A DNA stretch of 64,000 nucleotides from Octopus bimaculoides (Eukaryota), in contig NC_069003.1 in the NCBI RefSeq assembly GCF_001194135.2, positions 32,438,105-32,502,104 of the forward strand, read 5' to 3'. Below are positions 36,607 through 49,500 of the stretch, piece after piece. Under the pieces are notes generated by a model, which ran no database searches, had not been told where the DNA came from, and saw only the letters and a list, made by a program, of their open reading frames with translations. The translations under genes and the position numbers were made by a program. The first letter of the stretch is position 1, and each line of letters starts with the position of its first letter.

Positions 36607-38003
36607 ACAACATGGAGAAGGTCCACAGAAACTGAAGTCCTGGCAAGTGGTTATACTTAGGGACAACTACAGTTCATTGCCAAAGATAAGGGCAGATGAG
36701 GATCACTTGTTGGCATTCTATGCTGCACATGTAGTCAAAGAAATTAAAAAGAGTTCATTTTATTTATCTATTTTTATTTTCTTGTCCATGTCAATAATAA
36801 CAGCTACAACTTTCTCCCTCCTTAAAGAAAAGGGAAAAACACATTGGATAAGAACTTAGATAAGTCTGTATGAAAAGCAAGATGATCACAGTTGGAACGT
36901 GTTCACTTATATGTCTGCTGGATCAGGGTCTATACCATGTCCTAAACAACTATCAGAACAGATTGCTTATGTTTGCCTATATCGTTTAGATCTATATTGA
37001 AGTAGTTCCATAATTTTGAGTTTTATTAAATCTCTTCAACTTCACTTTTGCATTCAGAATTAAGAAACAATTTTCTACAATGAAGAAGTTTCAATTAACT
37101 GCAATAGCTCATGGTATCATGAGTTTTCATAATTAATTAACCAAGAGGCAAATATCTCTTTAAATACGCTGACATCTTGTTGTTGTCCAGTTTTTATAAC
37201 TGGCTGTCCATTACTTAAGTTTTTCTTCCCAGGTTTGAAAAACTTTTGATCATTTCAGCTAATTGAAGGATGCTACTAATTCTCTTAGACTAATATTGAT
37301 TGACATTGCTAAATGATAAATATTATCTTTTCAAATTTCAAAACAAAACTTCCTAAAGCTATCCACAATAACACTGTCAGAGACAGAGTAATAAAACATT
37401 ATAATAATTATTACTGGAACCCTGAGTAACTCATAAAGACTGACAGTTTTGCTTTCATGGTGATTGTTTAGCTATTGGTCGGTCTTTATTAAGAAGATCT
37501 TTGATTAAAGATTTTCTAGTTGTGACCATCCCATCTTATTTTGGTCAATGTCTATAGGACCACATTATCAATATTCTTTTGATACCGACCTCCTTGAGAC
37601 TAACCCTGGTTGTAAAATTTTGTCTTACTTTATGTCCCAGTATAATATAATAATGGCTAAGTTATCTTGCTAAGTTATTCATTAATTTCAAAATTAATTG
37701 AAACAAAGGAGATATGTTTTGACAGAAAGAAATACAGTCACAAATGGGTAAAGATGGCATGGTTGAGGTGGATATTTTGACTGTTATTTCTAGCAGACAA
37801 GTTTTGGAACCACATTGAAGCTCTCTTGTGTTCTGATGTTGTAGAAGATAATGATTGCTACAAAATCTCATTTTTATAAGTAGTAATGAGTGTATGTATT
37901 AAATACATAAAATTTTAATTTATACCAAGATATTGATATATTTAGAATGCTTGTAAAATCATCATAGCCCATTTTAAGATCTGCCTAGTTCTTTCCTTCA
38001 TAA

Positions 38004-38081
38004 GCATTTAAGACCAAATTCCCATGAGAACTTTTCTATGCTAATGACAAGATTCTCCTGTCAGAATTGGTTGAAGAATTT
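38004..38081 (+). mobile_element. Decayed RTE reverse-transcriptase motif remnant
   Basis: AFKTKFP*ELFYANDKILLSELVEEF resembles EFKTGCPWELLYADDLVL.AES.EEL. Confidence 0.55.
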
Positions 38082-39940
38082 GCTGTCCATGTTCAAGCCA
38101 AACAAATGACAAACATAACACAAAAAACAAACTAAACACCATAATAAAACAAATTGATGCAATACACACTAACAGGATGAGTCTGTACTCCTCCATCCTC
38201 TCAGTAATGATAATGATGGCTTCAAATTTTGGTATCAAACCAGTAGTTTTAAGGGGAGGGTTTGGTTGGTTACAGGGACCCCAATAATTTAGGTCAAGTA
38301 TGGGTTATGTGCTGTTCGACCTTGACAAGATTTGAACTCAGGACATAAAGACAGATAGGAATTGAAGTGAAAGAATCCTGTTTCTCTACCCAGTAAGCCT
38401 GCAACTTGTTCTGGAAGGTATGGGGTGGGAGTACAAAGGATGTGTGTCCCAGGATCCTGAAGCAGGTCCAAGAAGGAACTGCCTTTAAGGATTAGGAATT
38501 GTCTAATGTAATTTTCTCTATTTAAGAAGTCGTGTTATAATTTGAGTGTGATTTGGCTGTTATATGTAGCAGTCCAAGAGACAACTTAAAGGCTCCTTGT
38601 TGATTTGTAGTGTAACAGGTTGTTGTTGCTGCTGTTGTTCTTTAGCTCCAGGCCAGCTACACTTATGGTCAGAAGTGTTTCGGTCATGTCCATCCATTTC
38701 CTTTTTTCTTACTTTATTTAATGTGTCATTTCTTTTTTAAGAGAATATGATTTGAGGAAGATTTTTGTGTCTGTTTTTAAAGTGTGGGTGACTTGAAGGA
38801 AATTTTGGCTTTTATTTTAAGCATGTATGTGTGCTTTGAGGGAGGCTTAGTTTCTATTTTAAGTGTGTGTGATTTGCAAAAGATTTGGCCTCTATTTCTA
38901 ACTGGTCAAGTAACTACATAGAAATTCCTGGTTTAACATACAATGCAAATAGATAACTAGTTGATACATGCATTGTGAAGAAATGTCACAGGTTATTAAA
39001 GTAAAGTAGTTGCAGTAAAGAAAGATCTGATAGAAAATGGTTAGATTTAAGAATGTTTTGGCTTTGTAGACTGGCACAAAATGATAGGCATAGAGAGATG
39101 TGATATTTAATAATATATATAACTTATGCTGGATGAGAAAATGGGTGTCAAAAATACATTAAATTTTGGCATAAGTAATAGTCATTGGGAAAGACAAGAG
39201 TCAATTCTTAATTTATTCTCATGATTGCATGTGTGTAGCTGTCTATGGGTGTATCTACCCATGTGTTTGTATGTGCTTCCAGTCTTTAGTTCCTTAGTTT
39301 GCTTTAGTAATCCTAGCTAAGGCCATGCTGGAGCATTGTCTGCAGTCGGAACAGATCATACATTGGAGAGGAAAAGTACAAGAAAGAAATCAAAGCACAT
39401 AATCAAAAGTGAATGTTGCTGTTATTGTTGTTTTACTCCTGGTCAGCCTTGCTTAATTAAACTGACCTATGACCTAAGGCATTGCATATCAAGGAATATG
39501 TTTATCATTAGGTTTGGCACAGTTGAACTAACCTGTGATTGAAGGTATACGTCAGACTACATTATTCTACATGTTCCTTTTTATTTAAAATGATAAGATG
39601 TGATTTAAGAGAGATTTAGCTGCTATTTATTATGAATCAAGTAACGGTGTTGAAGCTCTCCATTTTAGCTCATAGTGAAACACATTGCTGTCATCCAGCC
39701 TTTGTTGAGTAGGCCTTTGATCAAAAGCCTTCCTGCCATGTGTATCTTATCCTTTTTCTTTTTTTCTATCTTTACACAGTATCTAGGACTACATTATCCA
39801 ATGTGTCTTTAAGTATAATTTAAAATGAAAGCCATAGCTAGAAAGAAAAATTTTACACATGCACAGAGTCTGAATAAATTTGGTTGGTCTTTGAAGAATC
39901 TGCTTTTAAAGAACCTTTCGTTTATGTTCCAATTAACAGC

Positions 39941-40208
39941 TTAAACCCTTTTGATACCAACTCACTTGAGAACATCTTTAATTCTGTGATATAAAACCAT
40001 CTGTTTCTAAAGTGTTCATATCTGAATTAAAACATTCCATAATGATTTTGTAAGATCTTTTTGTTAAGTTACGTTCCAAACATCCTCTTCATAAAGGAAA
40101 AGTTGGTTATTTTATTAAATCTTTGCAAATTCTCGATTATTTTGAAAATTAATTGCAACATATATTGCTAGAGTAGTTCATTAGAAATTTGGTCACAAAA
40201 TGGGTTAA
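39941..40208. mobile_element. TTAA-flanked MITE, family P1
   Basis: TTAAACCCTTTTGATACC ... GGTCACAAAATGGGTTAA. Confidence 0.7.
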
Positions 40209-42593
40209 TACTAAGGTGTAGTTTTCAAAAAAACAAAAAAAATCTTATAGAATATCCTGTTACCAGGATACATTGATAGACGCCATAGTAGGAATTTGCT
40301 TGTTTTCCTACGGTCCTTAAGAGTAATGTTTGTTGTTTCACAGACCCGACAGTCCACTATGTCAGTCCTTTTCTATGAGAGTTCTATGCCAGTGGTGAAC
40401 ATATGAGAAACAAATTTCAGTCAGAACAGGGAACCAGATAACTTATTCTACAAGGCCTGAAATTTTTGGGGAGGGGACCAGTCGATTAGATCAATCCCAG
40501 TATGTAACTGGTACTTAATTTATCAACCCCGAAAGGATGAAAGGCAAAGTTGCCTTTCCACACTTACTATAATATAAAAGAATAAAAATAAAAATTGAAC
40601 CTAGTAGTGCAAGATAACTAATTAATCACTTGTTAATATACTGCCTTGCAGATATAGGATCCTATGTGGTCTCTCAGCCTGCAGGAAATAGCTGGCTAAG
40701 AGACCTCATCTCTCTTCAATCTCAGGACTATCTTAAATAAAGGAATAACCATACTGTTGTAGATACTCCCTTTTAAAAGATAAGAGATGGTCATAACTGG
40801 AATGCCTTTGGCCATAGCTGTCTGTCTGCTGAAGCAGAATTGACCTGGGATTATATAACATCAAACAAAATCAATCATGTGGTTCCTGTTTAGAGCTAGC
40901 AGGGCATACACATGTACATTAAGTGTTACATGCATCTTAGCCATTTTAAAACGTGGTGCCAGTAATAAGAGATGAACTACCGACCTTCCAGCTTCATACA
41001 TTCAACTATTTGCGATCTGTTAAGATGAACACAACTCTGATTATCACAAGTTTCTCTTGTAATTCTTTCCACTCCAGTACTATTTCAGAAAACCAGTCAT
41101 CTTTATAACTGTTGTTGTTATTATTATTATTATCATTATTATTATTATTATTATTATCATTATTCCCTTGAATGCACCCTCCCCATTTCTGTCTTTTTTT
41201 ATATAAACCATGTAACAAGGAACCGTTTATCTTATTTCATTTGTTTGATTTACTATATTCGAATGTGATATCATTCTTATCTTGGTTGCAGCTAGGTGAC
41301 TCTCTCTCAACTCATCATATATGACTATTTGTTTAGAATACATATTATAGAATTTATCAGACTTATATTTATGATAAATACAGAGGAATTGTTTTGGTAA
41401 CTTGATAATATATTATTTCAGATTTTGTAATGTAATTCTATCTTTCACAGTTGCAACATTAAATTCTTCTCCAAGAAGAAGAAAATCAATGACTGCAATG
41501 CCTTCTCTGTCTGTCTGTCTCTGTCTCTCTCTAATAACTGGGATTCACAGTTTGGATTTAGGCAGCGAGGTTTATGATTAAATGATTTATAATTACAATA
41601 TGTAGTTTTATCTATATTAATTCAGAGTTCAAACTACACTTGCTTGTTCTTCCTTCTTGTCCACCNNNNNNNNNNCCCACCCACCCTGCACTGTGCATCT
41701 CGTGTCGTTAAAAAAGTATCAGTTTTACAATTAGTGTTTTGTAATTAATCTGTGAGATAATGTTAAGTTATGCTGTAGAGTTTGGGACTAAATACTTTCT
41801 ATTATTTTGTTTTTACCTTTCTTGATTGTGAGATCAAAATCACACTGATATTAGTTTTATTCTATTATTTATAAATTGGTTAAAGCAGTGAACATGCTGA
41901 ATCATAAGTGCATAGAACAAAATGCTTAGTGCTGCCTCTTCCAGCTTTATATCCTGAGTTCAAATTTTGCTTTGCTTTCATCCGTTTGGGACCAATAAAA
42001 TAAGTACCAGTCAAGTATTTAGGTCAATGTAATCAACTGCCCCTTCCCTCAAAATTTCAGGCCTTTTGTTTATATTAGAAATGAGAAAAGGTTATTTATG
42101 AAGTGATTGCTAAATGAGCAGAGATCATACAGGGTTGAGAGAACCTCTTTTCTCTGTGTGAGGACAGGACAACTTCTCTAGTGTTTGTGCTTTAATAAAA
42201 TGCACCCAGTACACTCTGTAAATGATTGGTGTTAGGAATGGTATCTTGTTCTAGAAACCACACCAAAAGAAGTGGAATGTATGAATGAACAAGACATGGT
42301 CTTCCATCATATCTAGGAAAAGAGTAACTCCAAATAAGAACAGACTCTGACTTAACAATCCATGCTAGCATGGAAAGTGGATGGGTTCTCCATTCAGTAT
42401 CAGTAAGATAAAAATTAGTACTAGAGTTAAGATATTGTATCTTGTCAAGATAATTCACATATCCAAGATATTAAATTAGGCATGAGAGTTTGGAATCAAA
42501 ATTCTTTACAACATTTATTAACAGTTCAAAAGTAGAATAAGTTAGTTTACTATAAGGAATAAGAAAAGTTTAACATTTTGATGTTTTCATCAT

Positions 42594-43090
42594 ATCATCA
42601 TCATCATCATTGTCATAACTTTTATGTCCTTCCCATGCTTGCATGAGTCGGACACAGCCTTTCTAACACAGTATGTTGTGTTTCTTTGTTGTCTCCTTTG
42701 CAAGGTTCAACATTGTGAAATTAATTTTCACCATTTCTACCTATATTTTCCTTGTTCTTCCTTTTCAATGGCTTCCTTCCTCCTGGATCTCCTTTGCACA
42801 TTTTTCACGCATCTTTTATCATCCGTATGCATTATATGCTCTCACCAATGCAGCCATTTCTCTTACACACAACATTTAATTCCCCTTAAACCCAGTTTTT
42901 CTCTCAGTTCATTTCTACCACACTGCATCTCAGTGTGATGCAGCACTGCGCTTCATACACCAGCTATGTACAACTTACTCTTCACTTAATGACAGAATTC
43001 CCTTGTTGCCGACAGAGGTATTAGCTCTCTGAAGTTTTATTCCTCTCTGTTCTGGCTACTATGCTTTCAAAGCACCCTCTTCCATGATTA
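42594..43090 (-). mobile_element. RTE-clade LINE 3' end (ORF2 C-terminus, 3'UTR, (GAT)n tail), decayed
   Basis: GCFESIVART, FRELIPLSAT..*VKSKLY, NELREKLGLRGIKCCV*EKWLHW*EHIMHTDDKRCVK match RTE ORF2 patterns; ends in GATGATGAT. Confidence 0.85.
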
Positions 43091-44994
43091 GCACACACTT
43101 CCACAAATTAAAAGGTTCCCATAGTAAAAGGAACTACCAAAAACTTCTATGGAGCTATCCAGGCATTGAAAAGAAGTCATTTTACTAGTGCTCCGACTGT
43201 TAACTACCCATTACCAGTTTGTTACCTCTCTGTTCTAAATGCTGATGTTTGGAATATAATTTAAGAAACAGTTCTTATACAAAATCATGTGGTAGTCTTT
43301 TAAATTTAATTATAAACGTTTTAAACTGAACAGTTTTGTATCATAGAACCAGAGGCTGTCTCGTGTGAGTTAGCATCAAAGCATTTAGATGACAGGGTGC
43401 AATATGTGGAAAATGTAGTGACTACTCATGTGGATTGAGCATTCTCTCTCCTTAGCTCAGTGATATCAACTCAGTGGATTTTGGTGATAATAAAAAAACA
43501 AAAAAAATTCTGTCTTCAAAAAAAGATTCAATTATGGTTCTTTCTGTACAAAGAACTTATTTGATTGATTAAGAATACTTCATTTTTTTTTTTTTACCTC
43601 TTCTAAAATATATTTTCTTGAATAGAAAGCAATTAAACCTTATATTCACATCTGCTATTTATCATTCACTCTAAACTTTGTGTTTCAATTTGTATGACAA
43701 TTTCTCATGTATAGAAATGTTACTATTTGCTTTCATCTGCTTTCATCACTTTGTGTAATATAAATTTCTGAAGCATTAAAACTATCTTTTAATAAATCAT
43801 GTAATTTTGCAAGGATTATAACTGTAATTTAATTATAATGCAAGGAAAAATGTATGCGAGGTTGGGATGGAGAGAAGAATGAATGAATTGGATTAAAATT
43901 CCTCTGATAAAAACCTATATGTCTTCAATTAAGTTACAATTTAAAAGACAGTTCTGTAGACTATCTGGCAGCGGTGTTACTGTGCATTCAATAGTGCAGC
44001 ATTTGCTAGCAATGCATTTTGTGATTACTTCCCTGCAGCTATTTATGTATGCATGGAGGATGTCATCTCAGCTTAACTCAAACACTTTTACTTTATACAT
44101 GTCTGATTTCAATTTCTAAAATGAAGATTTAACCTTGTAACCATTTTGGTTTCACATTACCTAAGTCTTCAGAAAGCTTTTCCAATGATAGATATATATG
44201 CAGATAATTTATTCTCGCAAATCTTATAATCTTCAGATTTCAGACAAGACAAAAGAGAAACAAAAAAGAAAAAAACGTCAGAATGTAAGCTATAAGATTG
44301 TGTGAGTATGAATGAGTGCAGGGTTAGAATGTATGTATGAACGTAATTTAATGCTTTCACTATTGAGTAGAATCAAACTGTTAATGTGTCAATGAAAGAA
44401 GCATTTCTATTAACCCCTTTTGACCCCAACCCACTTGAGACTTCCTTCTTCTAGTTTTATGATAAAGAACCCATCCCTTTTATTTAAATTAAACATTTCC
44501 ATTATAATTTTATGTAAGGACCTTAATGTTATCTTCCAAACATTGGGTAATGAAAAAGTTAATTATCTTCCTAAATCCCTCTTAATTCTTCATTAGATTT
44601 TTAGATTAATTAAAACTTAGAATTTTGTGAGAAATATGACGAACCACGAAAGTAGTTCACTGTTCTAAATGTGAAGTTTCGAGCCTTTTCTGAGGGATCC
44701 TCAGAAAGATTTGAGCTCAGAATACTGGGAGTAGGTAAGGCTATCTGATACCTTAACAACTCTGCCGTTGTTACTCTGTTTGCTCACATGGAAGTGGCAG
44801 TTCAAGTTATAGGAACATTAGAGAAATTAATGTTTTTACTACACCAGGCCGAAAAGTCTCACTATCACTACACTAGTTACATTGCCTGAAATATAGATAG
44901 AAATGGTCATGGCTAGAAGGCCTTTGGTCATGTGCCTGCCCATTCTGATCTCACCTGGGTTGAAACAACAGCAACACATCTGCACTCATACACT

Positions 44995-45125
44995 GTACAA
45001 CAATGGTTGTGTGGTAGGAAGTTTGCTTCCCAACCACATGGCTCTGGGTTCAGTTCCACTGCATGGCACCTTGGGCAAGTGTCTTGTGAGTGGATTTGGT
45101 AGATGGAAACTGAAAGAAGCCTATC

Positions 45126-45156
<31 letters not shown>

Positions 45157-45290
45157 CCCACATATCTAGTGTGTGTGTGTGCATGTGCATATTGGAACCT
45201 GATGCAGCTCCCCAGCTTACCAGTTTTCAGTCAAACCGTCCAACCCATACCAGCATGGAAAATGGATATTAAATGTTGATGATGATATAT
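44995..45290 (+). mobile_element. SINE family A head (internally deleted) followed by an RTE-type tail
   Basis: Family A head at 44995-45130; CCAACCCATACCAGCATGGAAAATGGATATTAAATGTTGATGATGAT tail at 45240-45287. Confidence 0.7.
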
Positions 45291-45859
45291 ATATATATAG
45301 AGAGAGAGAGTGAGAATGTGATACCATTGTTGTAGATTTAAAACCATTATGTCTGTTGCTTTTTCTGTAGTCAATACCGAAGCTTGAATTACTTAATTTG
45401 TTTCATAAGATTTCAAAGAACTACATTTTTACTTTCATTTGATTTTCAAAAATTAGAGTTAATTTTGCCCAATATTAATTAACAAAGAACAAGAAAATGT
45501 TACTTACCAATAACAATAATAATGATGATGATGATGATGATAATAATGATTTCTTTTATTAATTATGATAACAACACAGCCATCTCTTGATGTTTCTATG
45601 ATTGATGTTTTTGTTTAGTCCTCAGTCATTCTTGTCTGACTAGACTTATGAATAAAGTGTTCAAGTTTTAATCATCCAGTTTTAAAAACATAATGGTATC
45701 TCTGATTATATTATCTCAGATATACACTTCTTCAAATTTTCAATATAGCATGCACATGGTTTTGAGGTAGACTCCACTGCTATTTCTAGCTGAATGTTTA
45801 TATTTCAAAATGGTTGGTGAAATAGCAAAACAATTGTGTGTGACTAAATACTTTACAGT

Positions 45860-46290
45860 CATCATCATCATCACTTAGTGTCTACTTTTCTATGCCTTCA
45901 TGGGTTGGATGGAGTTTATTGAGGCAGATTTTCTACAGTTTGGTGCCTTTCCTGTCACCAACCTTTACCTGTTTCCGAACAAAGCAATATTTCCCCATGG
46001 CCAGACCTGTTTGTGCAGAATATTGGAAATGACTGACATTCATTAGCACACGCATGCATGTAAGTGTGTGTGTGTGTGTGTGTGTGTTTCCTTGTCTTGA
46101 CTTCACGTGGTTGTTGTAAATGAACGCATGCATGGTTCTTTTTGTTTCCATCTACCAAATTAATTCATCTTTGGCCAGCTCAGAGCTATGGTAGGAGACA
46201 CTTGCCCAAGGTGTCATGCAGTAGGACTGAGCCTGGAACTATGTGGTTGGGAAGCAAACTTGATGATCACACAGCCACACCTGTGCCTAG
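45860..46290 (-). mobile_element. SINE with family A head and RTE-derived body/tail (A-R chimera)
   Basis: Family A head at 46130-46290, GGAAATATTGC...GGAAAGGCACCAAACTGTAGAAAA body and (GAT)n tail at 45860. Confidence 0.8.
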
Positions 46291-46422
46291 TATTCATAAA
46301 ACATCCAGTCTCTGAGGAATCCAGAATTAGGTCTTTGTTAACATGTCAGTCAGGAGGATGAATTAGGAACACAAACAAGACAAGGGGAAAAGAACAATAA
46401 AAGTAACAAAATTAATGCATTA

Positions 46423-46621
46423 CAGTATTTTCTGGTATATAAGTTGACATAGGATATATAGTGTAAACATTCAAACACCTTCACTATCTTCGCAATTCCT
46501 GCTGCATTTCACGTTTAATTTTTGGCTCTCTAAAGTTGTCTTGATGTATAAGTTGACCTACCTTTTTTTTAGCTGTAAATTTTTGGACTAAAAAATTTGA
46601 CTTGTACGCTGAAAAATACAG
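46423..46621. mobile_element. pogo/Tc2-like MITE (inverted relative to 20660-20849)
   Basis: TA|CAGTATTTTCTGG ... GACTTGTACGCTGAAAAATACAG|TA. Confidence 0.8.
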
Positions 46622-47331
46622 TATGTTGTGAAGGAAAAACTATCGATCTTTTGGGCAATTTGTCCTTTGTCAAGATAGATAAGGAGAGAAGAAGAAGAAA
46701 AAATTTGTCAGAGAAACAAAACACGTGTGTTATCTCTCTCTGTCTCTGTTTCTCATTTTTTGTCTTTATCTCTCACTCCTCCTCTCTCCGTCTTTCTCTG
46801 CCCCCTCCCCCCTCTCTCTTTCTGCACCTCATAAGAGCCATCTTTATCATTCATCTCTTCCACATTGATGAAAAATCAAAAGCAGACATGTATGAAAGTC
46901 AAATCAGTTAGCACAAGAGAAAACTGAGGTCAAATCACTCTTCTCTCACTCTTCCCCCACCTCTTCCTCCCACTATTTCCGTACAAATTTGTCATTTGGT
47001 GCCAATGTTAGAAATTAATACTCTACATATAATCAGAATATAATACATGTGTATAATACCGATATCTAACATTGGCATTTGGCCACAAAGTTGTTGAGGA
47101 GGCAATGTAAAGGGATAAGACCAAAATTCTGTAAGGCATTTAATCTGGCAGTTTACCATGCCTATTGTTCCACTATTCTTAGATGTGTGTTTTAATAATA
47201 ATAATAACAACAACAACTAGAATTCTTTCTTTCTCACTCTTTCTGTGTGTGTATGTGTGTGTGTACATACCCAAGGTGCACAGAGGTGTCCTCAGTAGTG
47301 CAATGGAGGCATGCAATAAAAATCAGACTAC

Positions 47332-47371
<40 letters not shown>

Positions 47372-48874
47372 AAATAGCAGACATACCTATATGGCTGTCT
47401 TACAAAATGTCTCATTATAGTGCTATATTGTTTAATTCTTATGAGAATGATAATGGCACTCCACAAAATGAAGTCAGCAGGGCAACCTCTACACGACCCC
47501 TTGATTTGCTAGAAATAGCAACTGTATCTATACTGCTGTATTATTAAATATTAATATACCCGCTATTGAAAAATATATGAGCGCGTGATTTTCCTGACTT
47601 ACGAATTCTTAGATGACTATCATCACTATCATTTTAACATCCACTTTTCTGTGCACTCATGGGTCAAACAAAGTTTATTGAGGCAGATTTTCTATAGCTG
47701 GATGCTCTTCCTGTTGCCAACCGTCACCTGTTTCTAAGCAAGGTAATATTTCCACATGGCCAGACATGTTTTTCTAAAATATTGGAAATGCTGTTAAGCA
47801 TTTTGCCTGGCATGTAATGATTCTGCCAGCTCATCACCTTGATGAAGACGATGATGATGATGTAGAGGAGGACGGCGACAACGACAATCCTCTTTTACTA
47901 AAGACACAATGTCTGAAATTAGGTGGGAGGGGACTAGCCAATTACTTCGACCCCAGAATTTCACTGGTGCTTAATTTATCGGCCCCAAAAGGATGAAAGG
48001 CAAAGTTGACTTCTGCAGGATTTGAACTCAGAACATAAAGTCGAACGAAATACCACCAAAACAGAATTGACTTAGGAAAACAAAATACTCTTGAAGATGA
48101 AATCCCAACATGCCCACCACAATTGAAAATGAATCTAAAACCAAGATCAAGTAACTGTTACTGAATATTTCCTTTTCCATGTGTATTTCTGGGCAGTTTC
48201 TTCAAGTTGAAATTTTTCATCATTATGTTGTTTGTTGTTGTTGTTGTTGTTGTTGTTGTTATTGTCTTCTTTTATCATGGGACACTCCTCCACCTCGAAC
48301 CCCCCATCCTCCACACACATTAACCTGCTGGATTTTGTGAGTTTTCAAAATTTGCTCTGACAGATTTGTCTTCTCAGTGAAGAAGTTCCTCTCAAATTAC
48401 AAGGTGGTTTGTTGGTTTGTTGGTGATGGTGGTGGTGGTGGTGGGAGTGGTGATAGCAGTNNNNNNNNNNNNNNNNNNNNNNNNNNNNNNNNNNNNNNNN
48501 NNNNNNNNNNNNNNNNNNNNNNNNNNNNNNNNNNNTTTGTTGGTTTGTTGGTGATGGTGGTGGTGGTGGTGGGAGTGGTGATAGCAGTTGCGGCGGTAGT
48601 AGCAGCGCCGGCAGGAGTTTTCACAACCTTGATCTTCGCCTGGCATGTGTCAGTGTTTTGAGAATTAAGTATTGTGCTGTTTGGTAAATGAAACTAATTC
48701 TCATGGACCTGCAAATTTAAAGAAAGATGTTGTTGACAGTGAAATATCAGGATGACAGTGCAGCTCAAAAGAATTAGTATCAAACATAGCAACAAATAAG
48801 AAAGAAAGAAAGACAATATTTTTTTTAAAGGTTGTTTATCATTCTTTTCTGTGTACGTATGTACATGTGTATTT

Positions 48875-49150
48875 GAGTGTGTGTGCATGTGTATTTGTAT
48901 CTGTGTGTCTGTGTGTGAATGTGTATTTGTGTCTGTGTGTGCATGTGTATTTGTATATGTGTATCAATGTGTATTTGTATATGTGTATCTGTGTGTGCAT
49001 GTGTATTTGTATATGTGTATCTGTGTGTGAATGTGTATTTGTATATGTGTGTCTGTGTGTGCATGTGTATTTGTATCTGTGTGTGAATGTGTATTTGTAT
49101 ATGTGTGTCTGTGTGTGAATGTGTATTTGTATATGTGTATCTGTGTGTGT
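48875..49150. repeat. Minisatellite of 32-bp units with shorter variants, built from TG/TA dinucleotides
   Basis: ATGTGTATTTGTATATGTGTATCTGTGTGTG(C/A) repeated about 9 times. Confidence 0.85.
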
Positions 49151-49330
49151 TTGCATTATTCCTGAGGTTATTGAATAGTGTCTCCTTCACTTATCCTTAT
49201 AATTCTCTTCCAAGGAAATTGGAAAAGAAAGAAATTTCATGTTTTGTATTATTATTCAAACATTTAGATGCTACACAGACTACATTGTTTAGTTACAGCC
49301 TAATTTACACTGGTCCAGACTACACTGGTA

Positions 49331-49500
49331 GTGGAGGCATGTAGCTTAGTGGTTAGGTTTGTAGTTTCGATTCCCGGACTGGGTAGCAAAACGCTTCGTT
49401 TCACATTACTTCAGTCCACTCAGCTGGCAAAGATTAGTAATCCTGTGACGGACCAGTACTCCTGTCCAGCAGAGAATATACATACCTCAGAAACTGGGAA
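49331..49500 (+). mobile_element. tRNA-headed SINE family T (internally deleted)
   Basis: GTGGAGGCATGTAGCTTAGTGGTTAGG...TTTCGATTCCCGGACTGGG. Confidence 0.7.

Noticed and set aside
48407-48589. 54-bp direct repeat across the gap
   Set aside because: Assembly overlap artefact; it also distorts the listed ORFs there
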